Positions 16,893 through 25,568 of a stretch of 64,000 bases of DNA are shown here, one piece after another. A program made the position numbers and the translations under genes. Below the pieces are notes generated by a model. That model was not told where the DNA came from and did not search any database. It worked only from the letters and a program-made list of their open reading frames with translations. Source of the DNA: an uncultured Acidimicrobiales bacterium (GTDB lineage: Bacteria; Actinomycetota; Acidimicrobiia; Acidimicrobiales; SHLQ01); assembly GCA_938015295.1 (NCBI GenBank), contig CALLQB010000031.1, positions 1 to 64,000 of the forward strand. Direction: 5' to 3'. How positions within the stretch are numbered: position 1 is the first letter of the stretch; each line of letters opens with the position of its first letter.

Positions 16893-18113
16893 CTACTTGC
16901 GACTCAGCGCAACTGGCAGCTTCTTCAGACTGTTGTTGAGGTTGCTTCTCACCCGCACTGGTTCGCCGCGTTGCTCAATGTGTCCAAAGGTAGAAAGTAG
17001 TTCCTCGAAGAACACCCGCCCCTCAAGCCTGGCGAGGTGAGCGCCCAGACAGAAGTGACCGCCGATGCCGAACGACAAGTGTGGGTTAGGCGACCGCGTG
17101 ATGTCGAAATCGTGGGGGCGATCGAACACCTCCGGATCGCGGTTCGCCGCGGTATAGATCATCCCGACTTTGTCGCCGGCCTTCATTGCCTGACCGCCCA
17201 GAACAGTGTCGGCAACAACGGTGCGTCGGAAGTAATGCAACGGGTTCGCCCAACGAAGAATCTCCTCGACCGCACCGGGCAACAGCGCGGAGCTGGACCG
17301 GACGGCTCCCAGTTGCTCGGGATGGTCGAGCAACGCCAGCAATCCACTCGCCAACATGGTCTTGGTTGTGTCGTTGCCCGCCGTCACGAGCTGCACGAAG
17401 AACATGCCAAACTCGAGATCACTCATCAGATGCCCGTCGGGAGTTCCGTCGGCGATCGGCGACTCGAGCAACACCGTGGTGATGTCATCGGTAGGCGGCT
17501 GGTCGCGCCGAGAAGCGGCGAACCCCATCGCGTACTGCATCATCTGCATACTCGCGCTCGGCTGCCCATCGTCCTCACCAGCGATGTCGGGGTCCTGGCC
17601 GCTGGTGTTGCGTTCGGCCATGTGATGCACCTTCATCCAGTCGCCCTCAGGCAAACCCATCAGCTCGCCCATCACCTGCGAAGGCAGCCGTGCCGTCACG
17701 TCGTGCACGAAATCGAGCTCTTCACCGTCGACCGAGTCGGCCAGAATCGTTCTGCAAATATCTCGGATTCGCTCCTCCATCTGCCCAATGACACGCGCTT
17801 TGAAACTCGGCGAAAGGGGTTTGCGATGCGCGCCATGCCGTGGAGGGTCCATTGCCAACAACATGCCGCGCATCGCTTGCAGGCTCTGCTCGTCGAGATC
17901 TTCAAGCACAACCCCGCCAGCCGTCGCTGAATAGATCTCTGGCTGACGAGACGCTTCGACAACATCGGCGTAGCGCAACAGCGCCCAGTAGCCCGACCCA
18001 TCGGGCATCTCCTGCCAGAAAACCGGTTGCTCGACTCGGAGTCGATCGAAGACGTCGTGCGGCGGCCCCGCCACATACACGTCTGGCGAATAGATATCGT
18101 TTTCACCTGTCAC
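16893..18113 (-). CDS. Cytochrome P450
   Basis: It has the haem loop FGIGGHFCLGAHLA, an ExxR (EEILRW) and I-helix VTAGNDTT. I prefer the GTG at 18113 (VTGENDIY) over the long ORF start. Confidence 0.9.
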   Translation of the reverse strand: MTGENDIYSPDVYVAGPPHDVFDRLRVEQPVFWQEMPDGSGYWALLRYADVVEASRQPEIYSATAGGVVLEDLDEQSLQAMRGMLLAMDPPRHGAHRKPLSPSFKARVIGQMEERIRDICRTILADSVDGEELDFVHDVTARLPSQVMGELMGLPEGDWMKVHHMAERNTSGQDPDIAGEDDGQPSASMQMMQYAMGFAASRRDQPPTDDITTVLLESPIADGTPDGHLMSDLEFGMFFVQLVTAGNDTTKTMLASGLLALLDHPEQLGAVRSSSALLPGAVEEILRWANPLHYFRRTVVADTVLGGQAMKAGDKVGMIYTAANRDPEVFDRPHDFDITRSPNPHLSFGIGGHFCLGAHLARLEGRVFFEELLSTFGHIEQRGEPVRVRSNLNNSLKKLPVALSRK

Positions 18114-18129
18114 GACACGGGCCCCCTGT

Positions 18130-19032
18130 TTGGCTCTTTCCACAACTCTGTACCTACGCTGGCGCCCTGTGCCAATCACTCCGCAAGACAACGACGCGAT
18201 CGCGATCCCTGGGGGCCGGTTTCGGATGGGCGGCGAAGACGACGTCGGCTACCCAAGTGACGGCGAAGGACCGATCCGAGACGTTGCGATTTCGGCGTTT
18301 GCGCTCTCACCGGTAGCGGTGACCAACGACGACTTTGCGGCCTTCGCCGACGCCACCGGCTACCGCACCACCGCGGAGACCGACGGCTGGTCGTTTGTGT
18401 TTGCCGGCCTTCTGCCCGAGAACTTCTCCCCCACCCGAGGCGTCGCATCCGCCCCGTGGTGGCGGCAGGTATTCGGAGCCAGCTGGCGCAACCCGCACGG
18501 CCCCAACTCGCCGGTCGAGAACCGCGGTGACCATCCGGTTGTGCACGTGAGCTGGTTCGACGCAGCTGCCTATTGCAACTGGGCCGGCGGGCGCCTGCCC
18601 ACCGAAGCAGAATGGGAATACGCCGCCCGTGGCGGCCTCGAGCAAAAACGATTCCCCTGGGGCGACGACGAGACCCCTGGAGGTGAGCACCGATGCAACG
18701 TCTGGCAGGGAGAGTTTCCGATGAGCAACTCCCTGGCCGACGGATGGTACGACACCGCCCCGGTCGATACGTTCGCCCCGAACGGCTACGGCCTTTACAA
18801 CATGGTGGGCAACGTCTGGGAATGGTGCGCCGACTGGTTCTCGCCACAACACCAACCCCAAGCACTCGACGATCCAATCGGCCCAGCAACCGGCGCCGCT
18901 CGCGTCATGCGCGGCGGCTCGTTTCTTTGCAACCCCTCCTACTGTTTCCGCTACCGAAACGCGGCCCGCAGTTCAAACACCCCCGACAGCTCCACCGGCA
19001 ACCTGGGCTTCCGTATCAGCTATGACCAGTGA
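18130..19032 (+). CDS. Formylglycine-generating enzyme (SUMF1/FGE) family protein
   Basis: HPVVHVSWFDAAAYCNWAGGRLPTEAEWEYAARGG and RVMRGGSF...STGNLGFR are hallmark FGE-sulfatase domain motifs. The start is uncertain, with an alternative GTG near 18169. Confidence 0.82.
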   Translation: MALSTTLYLRWRPVPITPQDNDAIAIPGGRFRMGGEDDVGYPSDGEGPIRDVAISAFALSPVAVTNDDFAAFADATGYRTTAETDGWSFVFAGLLPENFSPTRGVASAPWWRQVFGASWRNPHGPNSPVENRGDHPVVHVSWFDAAAYCNWAGGRLPTEAEWEYAARGGLEQKRFPWGDDETPGGEHRCNVWQGEFPMSNSLADGWYDTAPVDTFAPNGYGLYNMVGNVWEWCADWFSPQHQPQALDDPIGPATGAARVMRGGSFLCNPSYCFRYRNAARSSNTPDSSTGNLGFRISYDQ

Positions 19033-19837
19033 ACTTCCCGCCAGCCTGTTCATCCGAGACGGCGACTACATCACCCCAACCGCGGCAAGCCGCGGACCAT
19101 GGGCCGACGATGCGCTTCACGGCGGACCAGCATCGGCGCTACTCGCACATTTATGTGAAACCGTCCGACCACCTGCAGCGGCTCCGTTGCAAACCACCCG
19201 GATGACCGTCGAACTTCTCGCGCCTGTCCCGCTTGCGCCGCTGCGACCAGAAGTTGTGGTGGTGCGCGATGGTCGAAAGATCCGCCTCGTCGATGCACAC
19301 CTCTTCTCAGGCGACCGCATGGTGGCCACGGCCCGGGTCGCACAGATACGTACCGCCCACATGTCGTTGCCCGACAACCTTGCCGAACGCGAAGGCCCCC
19401 GCATCGCACCACCCCGCCAGCCCGCCGCGTCGATCAAGTCGACCGCCATTGGAGCATCTGAGGTCATCCGGTATCACTCACACAGCACCGAACACCGATT
19501 CGCCAGCGGTCAGTGGGGTGACCTCGGACCAGCCTTTGGATGGGTCAGGCTCACCGTGCCGGTCTTCGAAAATGTCCCGCTCTCACCAATGGTCCGAGTC
19601 GCCGCGGCAGCCGACTTCGGCAACGGTATCTCCGCACCGCTTACCTTTGAAGACTGGCTGTTCATCAACCCGGATCTCACCGTGCATCTCAGTCGGATGC
19701 CGGTCGGCGAATGGGTCGGCCTCGATGCACACTGTTACGTCGAACCGCACGGCATTGGCCAGTCAAACACCGAACTGTTCGACGAGACCGGGCGTATCGG
19801 GCACGCCAACCAGAGCCTGCTGATCGACACCCGTTAG
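19022..19837 (+). CDS. Thioesterase-superfamily protein (double hotdog, TesB-like 4HBT_3 type)
   Basis: 271 aa. ASRGPWADDALHGGPASALLAHL is typical of this family. The ATG overlaps the FGE stop. Confidence 0.65.
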   Translation: MTSELPASLFIRDGDYITPTAASRGPWADDALHGGPASALLAHLCETVRPPAAAPLQTTRMTVELLAPVPLAPLRPEVVVVRDGRKIRLVDAHLFSGDRMVATARVAQIRTAHMSLPDNLAEREGPRIAPPRQPAASIKSTAIGASEVIRYHSHSTEHRFASGQWGDLGPAFGWVRLTVPVFENVPLSPMVRVAAAADFGNGISAPLTFEDWLFINPDLTVHLSRMPVGEWVGLDAHCYVEPHGIGQSNTELFDETGRIGHANQSLLIDTR

Positions 19838-19858
19838 GTCAACGGCCTACCCGAGCAG

Positions 19859-20686
19859 CTAGTCGACCGGGGCAGTCTCTGGGAGTTGACGCTCGGTTAA
19901 CGCCTCGTATCGCACCCGTAGTTGTTCTTTGTAACTCGGCTTGGTGGCGATCAAGAAGTCGCCTGCCTTGACGCCTTGAAACGTTGCCTGCGCTGCTTCG
20001 GCTGGGCTGATGCCTTCCTGCAACATCGCATCGAGCGCATCGGCGACGAACGTCGCATCCTCGCCGCTGGTTGTGCCCAACTCGGCTGGCCGCACCCGGT
20101 CGGTGCGGGCGATACCCGTGGTGATTGCGCTCGGGCACAGAACCGATACGCCAACCTTTGTGCCTTCTGACCGAAGGTCATGCGCCAGACATTCGCTCAC
20201 CGAAAACGCCGCGCACTTCGACACCACATAGGGGCTCGAATACTGACCGTGCACAAAGGCCGCAACCGATGCCGTGTTGACAATGTGGGCTTCGGTGTTC
20301 TGAGCGATCATACGTGGCACAAACGACCGGGCGGCATGGATAATGCCCCACAGGTTTACCTCGAGCGCCCATTTCCAGTCGTCGAGACTTCGCTCCCACA
20401 ACAGACCGCCCTGAAAGACGCCGGCATTGTTGATCAACAGATCGACTTGCCCGAGTCGGCGGAAGGCCTCGTCGGCCAACGCATCGACCGAGGACTGATC
20501 GGCAACGTCCACTTGCATCGAGGTCGCTGCGTTGCCCAGATCTGCGACGGTCTCCTCGGCAGAAGCGCCATCGATGTCGCACGCCAGCACCGTCATGCCC
20601 TTGCCGACGGCATTGTCAACCAACGCCCGACCAATGCCGCTACCTGCTCCGGTGATGACCGCCGTGCGGCCCGAGAACGTCTTCAT
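19859..20686 (-). CDS. SDR family oxidoreductase
   Basis: The ORF is trimmed to MKTFSGRTAVITGAGSGIGRAL (TGxxxGIG). It also has NNAG and the catalytic YxxxK (YVVSK). Confidence 0.88.
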   Translation of the reverse strand: MKTFSGRTAVITGAGSGIGRALVDNAVGKGMTVLACDIDGASAEETVADLGNAATSMQVDVADQSSVDALADEAFRRLGQVDLLINNAGVFQGGLLWERSLDDWKWALEVNLWGIIHAARSFVPRMIAQNTEAHIVNTASVAAFVHGQYSSPYVVSKCAAFSVSECLAHDLRSEGTKVGVSVLCPSAITTGIARTDRVRPAELGTTSGEDATFVADALDAMLQEGISPAEAAQATFQGVKAGDFLIATKPSYKEQLRVRYEALTERQLPETAPVD

Positions 20687-20742
20687 ACCGCTACCTTTGT
20701 CGGTCCTCCGCGCTACGGCGAATTGAGAGATAGGTTTGCGCC

Positions 20743-21615
20743 ATGACACTTGCGACACGGCGACTTGGACGAACCGAACATCACTCGAGCGTGGCGATTC
20801 TCGGCGGCGCAGCGTTCTGGACTGGCGATCAAGCCTTGGCCGAAGAGGGTTGGAGGCTGGCGTTCGAACACGGCATCAACCATCTCGACGTGGCTCCGCA
20901 ATACGGCGAAGCCGAAGTTGTCTGTGGGCCGATCCTCGAACCGGTGCGAGACAACTGGTTCGTCGCAGGCAAGACGTTGCGGAAGAACCCCGACGGCGTC
21001 AAGGCACAATTAGCAACCACTCTCGAACGCCTTCGCACCGACCATCTCGATCTCTACCAGGCTCATGGGGTGGTTTCGGTCGAGGAACTCGACCGGCGGT
21101 CCGACGCTATCGAAACAATGTTGGCTGCACGCGACGAGGGGCTCACCCGATTCGTCGGTATCACCGGACACGACCTGGGCACGCCAAAGGCCCAACTCGA
21201 GGCGCTACGTCGATGGAATCTCGACACTGTTCTCTTCCCGGTCTATCCGCGACTCTGGGGCGACTCGCAATACCGGGCTGACGCAGAAGAACTGCTCGCC
21301 TATGCCGCCCAACACGACGTGGGAGTCATGACGATCAAGGCGGTTGCTCGCAAGCCTTGGGGCGACGCCGAAAAGTCGGAGCTCACCTGGTACGAGCCAT
21401 GGACGAAACCTTGGGCGATCGAGCGAGGAATCCGGTTCGCACTATCGACCCCAGGGGTCACCGGATTTTGCACCCCCGGCGACGTCAGCCTTTTGCCGGC
21501 GGTGCTCGCTGCGGCCGAGGCGTACACACCCATGTCTGACGAGGTGCGCGCCGAAGCGATCGAGGCGCAAATCGACGCTCCGCTTATTTTCCCTATCGCC
21601 GAACACGCAAAATAG
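20743..21615 (+). CDS. Aldo/keto reductase
   Basis: 290 aa. INHLDVAPQYGEAE and DHLDLYQAHG are AKR family patterns. Confidence 0.8.
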   Translation: MTLATRRLGRTEHHSSVAILGGAAFWTGDQALAEEGWRLAFEHGINHLDVAPQYGEAEVVCGPILEPVRDNWFVAGKTLRKNPDGVKAQLATTLERLRTDHLDLYQAHGVVSVEELDRRSDAIETMLAARDEGLTRFVGITGHDLGTPKAQLEALRRWNLDTVLFPVYPRLWGDSQYRADAEELLAYAAQHDVGVMTIKAVARKPWGDAEKSELTWYEPWTKPWAIERGIRFALSTPGVTGFCTPGDVSLLPAVLAAAEAYTPMSDEVRAEAIEAQIDAPLIFPIAEHAK

Positions 21616-21630
21616 CGGCCGCCTGCCGAT

Positions 21631-21653
21631 TAGGTCGGGCGACCTATCTTTCT
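21631..21653 (+). terminator. Possible intrinsic terminator after the aldo/keto reductase
   Basis: The hairpin taggtcgggcgaccta is followed by the T-rich tctttct, 16 nt after the stop. Confidence 0.35.
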
Positions 21654-21702
21654 GACCTTCGACATCGACCCCTTAGGTAGATGGCACAACCCGACGATCA
21701 CT

Positions 21703-22248
21703 TTGTTGATGGTTATCGTCGATCGAGTTCGCAACGGTCTCGGGGTTGTCCGCAACGACAGCACGCTGATTCGTACACAGCTGATCTTTTTGTCGATCCT
21801 GACCACCATTTCTTGGATCGGCGTCGCGATGACGCCCTTACTGCTGGAGCATCCGATCGTCCTGGTGGGATTCAGCCCTCGGCTGCTGTTTCTCACACTC
21901 GCTGCTCCGGTTACGTCGTTGCCAATGTTTCTTCTTGTTGGCACGTTTCGACTTTGTGTGGCGGACCCGGTCAACTTCTCGGTCGGCAAGGTCCTCGGCC
22001 CGCGCATTCACGAGCGCCTACAGCGAAAAAAGCGCCTACCCGAATGGTTCACCGAGCGACTTTCCCAGACAAAACTCTTTCGCAAATACGCCATGGCGGC
22101 GCTGATCTTTTTCCGTCCTAACGGCATCACGATGAACATCGCCGGCGCCAATGGCGTGTCTGGCAAACAAGCGGCTGTTCTCGGCCTCGCAGGCACGGTG
22201 GTGTACCTGATCACTCTGCACGCAGGTATCGGGTTTATCGCCCACTAG
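21703..22248 (+). CDS. Small polytopic membrane protein (possibly DedA/VTT-like); function unknown
   Basis: 181 aa with several hydrophobic segments. Its GC content is visibly lower than that of its neighbours. I recognised no diagnostic motif. Confidence 0.4.
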   Translation: MLMVIVDRVRNGLGVVRNDSTLIRTQLIFLSILTTISWIGVAMTPLLLEHPIVLVGFSPRLLFLTLAAPVTSLPMFLLVGTFRLCVADPVNFSVGKVLGPRIHERLQRKKRLPEWFTERLSQTKLFRKYAMAALIFFRPNGITMNIAGANGVSGKQAAVLGLAGTVVYLITLHAGIGFIAH

Positions 22249-22320
22249 CCGGCTCCCACCGGGTTCTCGATATGCCGACGATGAGTTCGCATTACTGACA
22301 AGCATTCGCGAAGCTGCGGC

Positions 22321-23223
22321 ATGCCAACAGACATCACCAGCTTCAGCCAGATCACCTTGTCGGTCGACGACGGAATCGCAACACTCACGCTGAACCGTCC
22401 AGACAAACTCAACGCGTTCACCGCCACGATGATGCATGAGGTCATCGCGGCGTTCGATCACACCGATGCGAACGACGACGTTCGGGCGGTTATCGTCACC
22501 GGCGCTGGTCGTGGTTTTTGCGCCGGCGCCGACCTTTCGAGCGGGTCGAACACCTTCGACTATGAGTCGCTCGAACCCACGCCTGAAACCACCCCACCTC
22601 GACCTACCGACAAGCTTGAAAAGATTCGCGACGGCGGCGGGCGCACCACCCTGCGCATCTTCGAATCGTTGAAGCCGGTCATCGGCGCAATCAACGGCCC
22701 TGCCGTCGGAATCGGTGCGACGATGACGTTGCCGATGGATATCCGCCTGGCGTCGAACACCGCCAAGATCGGGTTTGTGTTTGCCCGGCGGGGTTTGGTG
22801 CCCGAGGCCTGCTCGAGCTGGTTCTTGCCGCGCCTCGTCGGGGTCAGCAAGGCACTTGAGTGGACGTTCTCCGGCCGAGTCTTTCTTGCGCAGGAAGCTC
22901 TCGACGGTGGCTTGGTTCGTAGCCTGCACGAACCCGACGATCTCCTGCCAGCGGCTATCGAGATCGCTCGCGAGATCGCCGACAACACCTCGGCGGTGTC
23001 GATCAGCGCAACCCGTCAGCTGCTCTGGCGAATGTTGGGCGCCGACCACCCAATGGAAGCGCACAAGATCGACAGTCGTCTGATCTGGGAGCTCGGCAAG
23101 GGCGCCGACGTCGGCGAAGGCGTCACCAGTTTCCTCGAAAAGCGGGCGCCGGAGTTCACGATGAAACCCAGCGTCGATATGCCCGACGTGTACCCGTGGT
23201 GGGAAGACCGTCACTTCGAGTGA
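22321..23223 (+). CDS. Enoyl-CoA hydratase/isomerase (crotonase) family
   Basis: LTLNRPDKLNAF, VIVTGAGRGFCAGADL and AINGPAVGIG are crotonase oxyanion-hole motifs. Confidence 0.9.
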   Translation: MPTDITSFSQITLSVDDGIATLTLNRPDKLNAFTATMMHEVIAAFDHTDANDDVRAVIVTGAGRGFCAGADLSSGSNTFDYESLEPTPETTPPRPTDKLEKIRDGGGRTTLRIFESLKPVIGAINGPAVGIGATMTLPMDIRLASNTAKIGFVFARRGLVPEACSSWFLPRLVGVSKALEWTFSGRVFLAQEALDGGLVRSLHEPDDLLPAAIEIAREIADNTSAVSISATRQLLWRMLGADHPMEAHKIDSRLIWELGKGADVGEGVTSFLEKRAPEFTMKPSVDMPDVYPWWEDRHFE

Positions 23224-23241
23224 TCGCCCTCCCGTTCTGAT

Positions 23242-23274
23242 GTTGTAGGGCGACACTCCGTGTCGCCCTACAAC
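23242..23274. repeat. 15-bp-stem hairpin GTTGTAGGGCGACAC-tcc-GTGTCGCCCTACAAC between convergent genes; shares the GGCGACA/TGTCGCC core with the 2450/3675/4766 repeats
   Basis: Read directly from the sequence. It is probably a bidirectional terminator-like element. Confidence 0.7.
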
Positions 23275-23287
23275 AAAATTTCGGGGT

Positions 23288-23327
23288 GGGGTTTGGTGCA
23301 GGTGGGGGTTTGGTGCAGGTGGGGGTT
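23288..23327. repeat. 17-bp tandem repeat GGGGTTTGGTGCAGGTG x2 plus a partial copy; G-rich
   Basis: Copies at 23288..23304 and 23305..23321 are identical, followed by ggggtt. The repeat abuts the stop of the ADH gene. Confidence 0.85.
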
Positions 23328-24411
23328 ACTCGAAGTCGATGATTGTTCGCATGGTGTCGCCTTGCTTCATGGCGTCGTAGCCTTCGTTGACCTGCTCGAG
23401 ATGGATATGTTGCGACACCATCTCGTCGAGCTTGAGGCGACCATCGAGATACAGATCGATGAACCGAGGCATGTCGGTGCGGAACTGATTCGAGCCCATC
23501 ATCGAACCCTGCAGCTTCTTCTCCATGAGGAAAAGTTGGTAGCCGGGGATCTCGAGATTCTGGTTGATCGGGATCATACCGATCACCGTTGCCGTACCAC
23601 CCGGAGCCAACATGTTGAATGACTGCTCGGCGGTGGCCTTGAGACCAATCGCTTCGAACGAATAGTCGACACCGCCGCCGGTGATTTCCTGCACCGCTCC
23701 AACGGGGTCGCCCTCGCTGGCATTGACGACATGGGTAGCGCCGAGCGCCTGCGCCTGTTCGAGCTTTGTGTCAGAAAGATCAACCGCGATGATCTTGCCC
23801 GCTCCGGCAATGCGCGCACCCTGCACCGCCGACATGCCGATACCGCCAGCGCCGATCACACAGACCGTCGAACCCGGCTCGACTTTGGCGGTGCGGAACA
23901 CAGCGCCGAGTCCAGTGGTGACACCACAACCAATCAGCGCCGCCTTATCGAGCGGCATGTCCTCGCGAATCTTCACGACAAAGTGTTCGTGCACCAGCAT
24001 CTGTTCGGCGAACGCGCCAAGCCCCGTGAACGGCGTAACCGCGGTTCCTTCGTGGTTGACAAGCGAGGGCTGCGATCGTTCTTGCAGCTTTCGCTTGTTG
24101 GGACACAACGACAACTGTCCGTTGGTGCAGTAACGGCAGGTGCCACAAAACCCAGACAGGCAGGTGATGACGTGGTCGCCGGGCTTGACGTAGCTGACAT
24201 CCTCGCCAACCGCTTCGACAACGCCGGCCGCCTCGTGGCCCATCAGCAGCGGCGGTGGCATCTGCCAATCGCCGGTCATGAAGTGCAGGTCGCTATGACA
24301 CAACCCGGCATTCACTGTCCGGATCAGTACCTCACTGCGGGCGGGCTTGTCGATAGTGATCTCTTCGATCTCGAGTTCGCCCGGGATCTGATTGAGCACA
24401 GCAGCCTTCAT
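23326..24411 (-). CDS. Zn-dependent alcohol dehydrogenase (class III / mycothiol-dependent formaldehyde dehydrogenase-like)
   Basis: 361 aa. It has GLCHSDLH, GHEAAGVVEAVGEDV, structural-zinc Cys residues CGTCRYC, and GAGGIG. Confidence 0.88.
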   Translation of the reverse strand: MKAAVLNQIPGELEIEEITIDKPARSEVLIRTVNAGLCHSDLHFMTGDWQMPPPLLMGHEAAGVVEAVGEDVSYVKPGDHVITCLSGFCGTCRYCTNGQLSLCPNKRKLQERSQPSLVNHEGTAVTPFTGLGAFAEQMLVHEHFVVKIREDMPLDKAALIGCGVTTGLGAVFRTAKVEPGSTVCVIGAGGIGMSAVQGARIAGAGKIIAVDLSDTKLEQAQALGATHVVNASEGDPVGAVQEITGGGVDYSFEAIGLKATAEQSFNMLAPGGTATVIGMIPINQNLEIPGYQLFLMEKKLQGSMMGSNQFRTDMPRFIDLYLDGRLKLDEMVSQHIHLEQVNEGYDAMKQGDTMRTIIDFE

Positions 24412-24601
24412 GGCACGCTTCCTTCTCTACGTCTCTCTACGTCGTTGGCTTTCGGTCTTTCAGCTGTCGGTCTTTCGCACAGCCATGCAGCACTTGGTCA
24501 GCACCCGATGAACCACGTGTGCATCACGCCGAGACCTTACTTCGGTGAGATAGCCCACATCAGATAGCCGTCATTGGCTGCCGCGGCGGTACGGTCGATC
24601 C

Positions 24602-25432
24602 ATGAACATTTTGGTGACCAACGACGACGGCATCGACTCGATAGGCCTACACATTCTGGCTCGGGCCATGAAGCCTCACGGCGACATCACCATCGTTGCC
24701 CCAGACAAAGAATATTCGGGCGCCGGTTGTTCAATTGGCGCATTGCACTTGGCACGCCCCGATGTTCACAAGGCCCATGTCGAGGGCATCGACGATGCGT
24801 GGTCGATGAGCGGACCGCCAGCGTTATGCGTGATGATCGCCAGGCTCGGCGCCTTCGACAAAACCTTCGACCTTGTGGTGTCGGGTATCAACCCGGGCGC
24901 AAACGTCGGACGGGCGGTGTACATGTCCGGCACGATTGGCGCGACACTATCTGGCCGCATGGGCGGAGTTTCTGGGGTCGCGGTCAGCCAAGCCACCGAG
25001 TCGTGGGGAATCGAAGGACAAGGGTACGAAGAAATGTTGGTGCACCAGAAGTGGGACACCGCAGCAGAGGTCGCCGCAGCCGCCGTCGGAAGCCTCGTGT
25101 CCAACATGCCCGAAGAGGCCACCGTCCTCAACATCAATCTTCCCAACTGCCCGGTCGATGAGCTGCAAGGAGTTACCCGCACCTACGTCGGCGTAGCTCC
25201 GCCTCGCAAGATGTCGTCGGTCAACTTGCGCGCACAACCCGGCCATGAGGGGTCATTTCACGTCGACATGAACTGGGGCGAGCCCAGCGACGAACCGATC
25301 GACCCCAACAGCGACATCGGCGCGATTATCGCCGGAAATGTATCGATCACCGCGCTCGGACACCTCCGCGAAACCGATGAAACACAGACCAACCTGGCCG
25401 TGCAAGGCATCGAACACTTCTTGTCACGGTAG
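24602..25432 (+). CDS. surE: 5'/3'-nucleotidase SurE
   Basis: MNILVTNDDGIDSIGL is the canonical SurE N-terminus, and GINPGANVG is also present. Confidence 0.9.
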   Translation: MNILVTNDDGIDSIGLHILARAMKPHGDITIVAPDKEYSGAGCSIGALHLARPDVHKAHVEGIDDAWSMSGPPALCVMIARLGAFDKTFDLVVSGINPGANVGRAVYMSGTIGATLSGRMGGVSGVAVSQATESWGIEGQGYEEMLVHQKWDTAAEVAAAAVGSLVSNMPEEATVLNINLPNCPVDELQGVTRTYVGVAPPRKMSSVNLRAQPGHEGSFHVDMNWGEPSDEPIDPNSDIGAIIAGNVSITALGHLRETDETQTNLAVQGIEHFLSR

Positions 25433-25568
25433 GGACATCGAAACCACTGTCACCGCGGCGCCCATTTGCACTTTTCCTCGCGCGACGTTCAGACTTTACT
25501 TTCCTGTGCATATCCGCCCAGGTAGCGCTACCACATCTGCAGGTAGCCAAAGGCGAAGGAAACCAGGC

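Noticed and set aside
25338-25568. Upstream extension of the 812-aa ORF that overlaps surE.
   Set aside because: It overlaps the surE 3' end in another frame. A GTG at 25569 with an AAGGAAA ribosome-binding site is followed immediately by a signal peptide.
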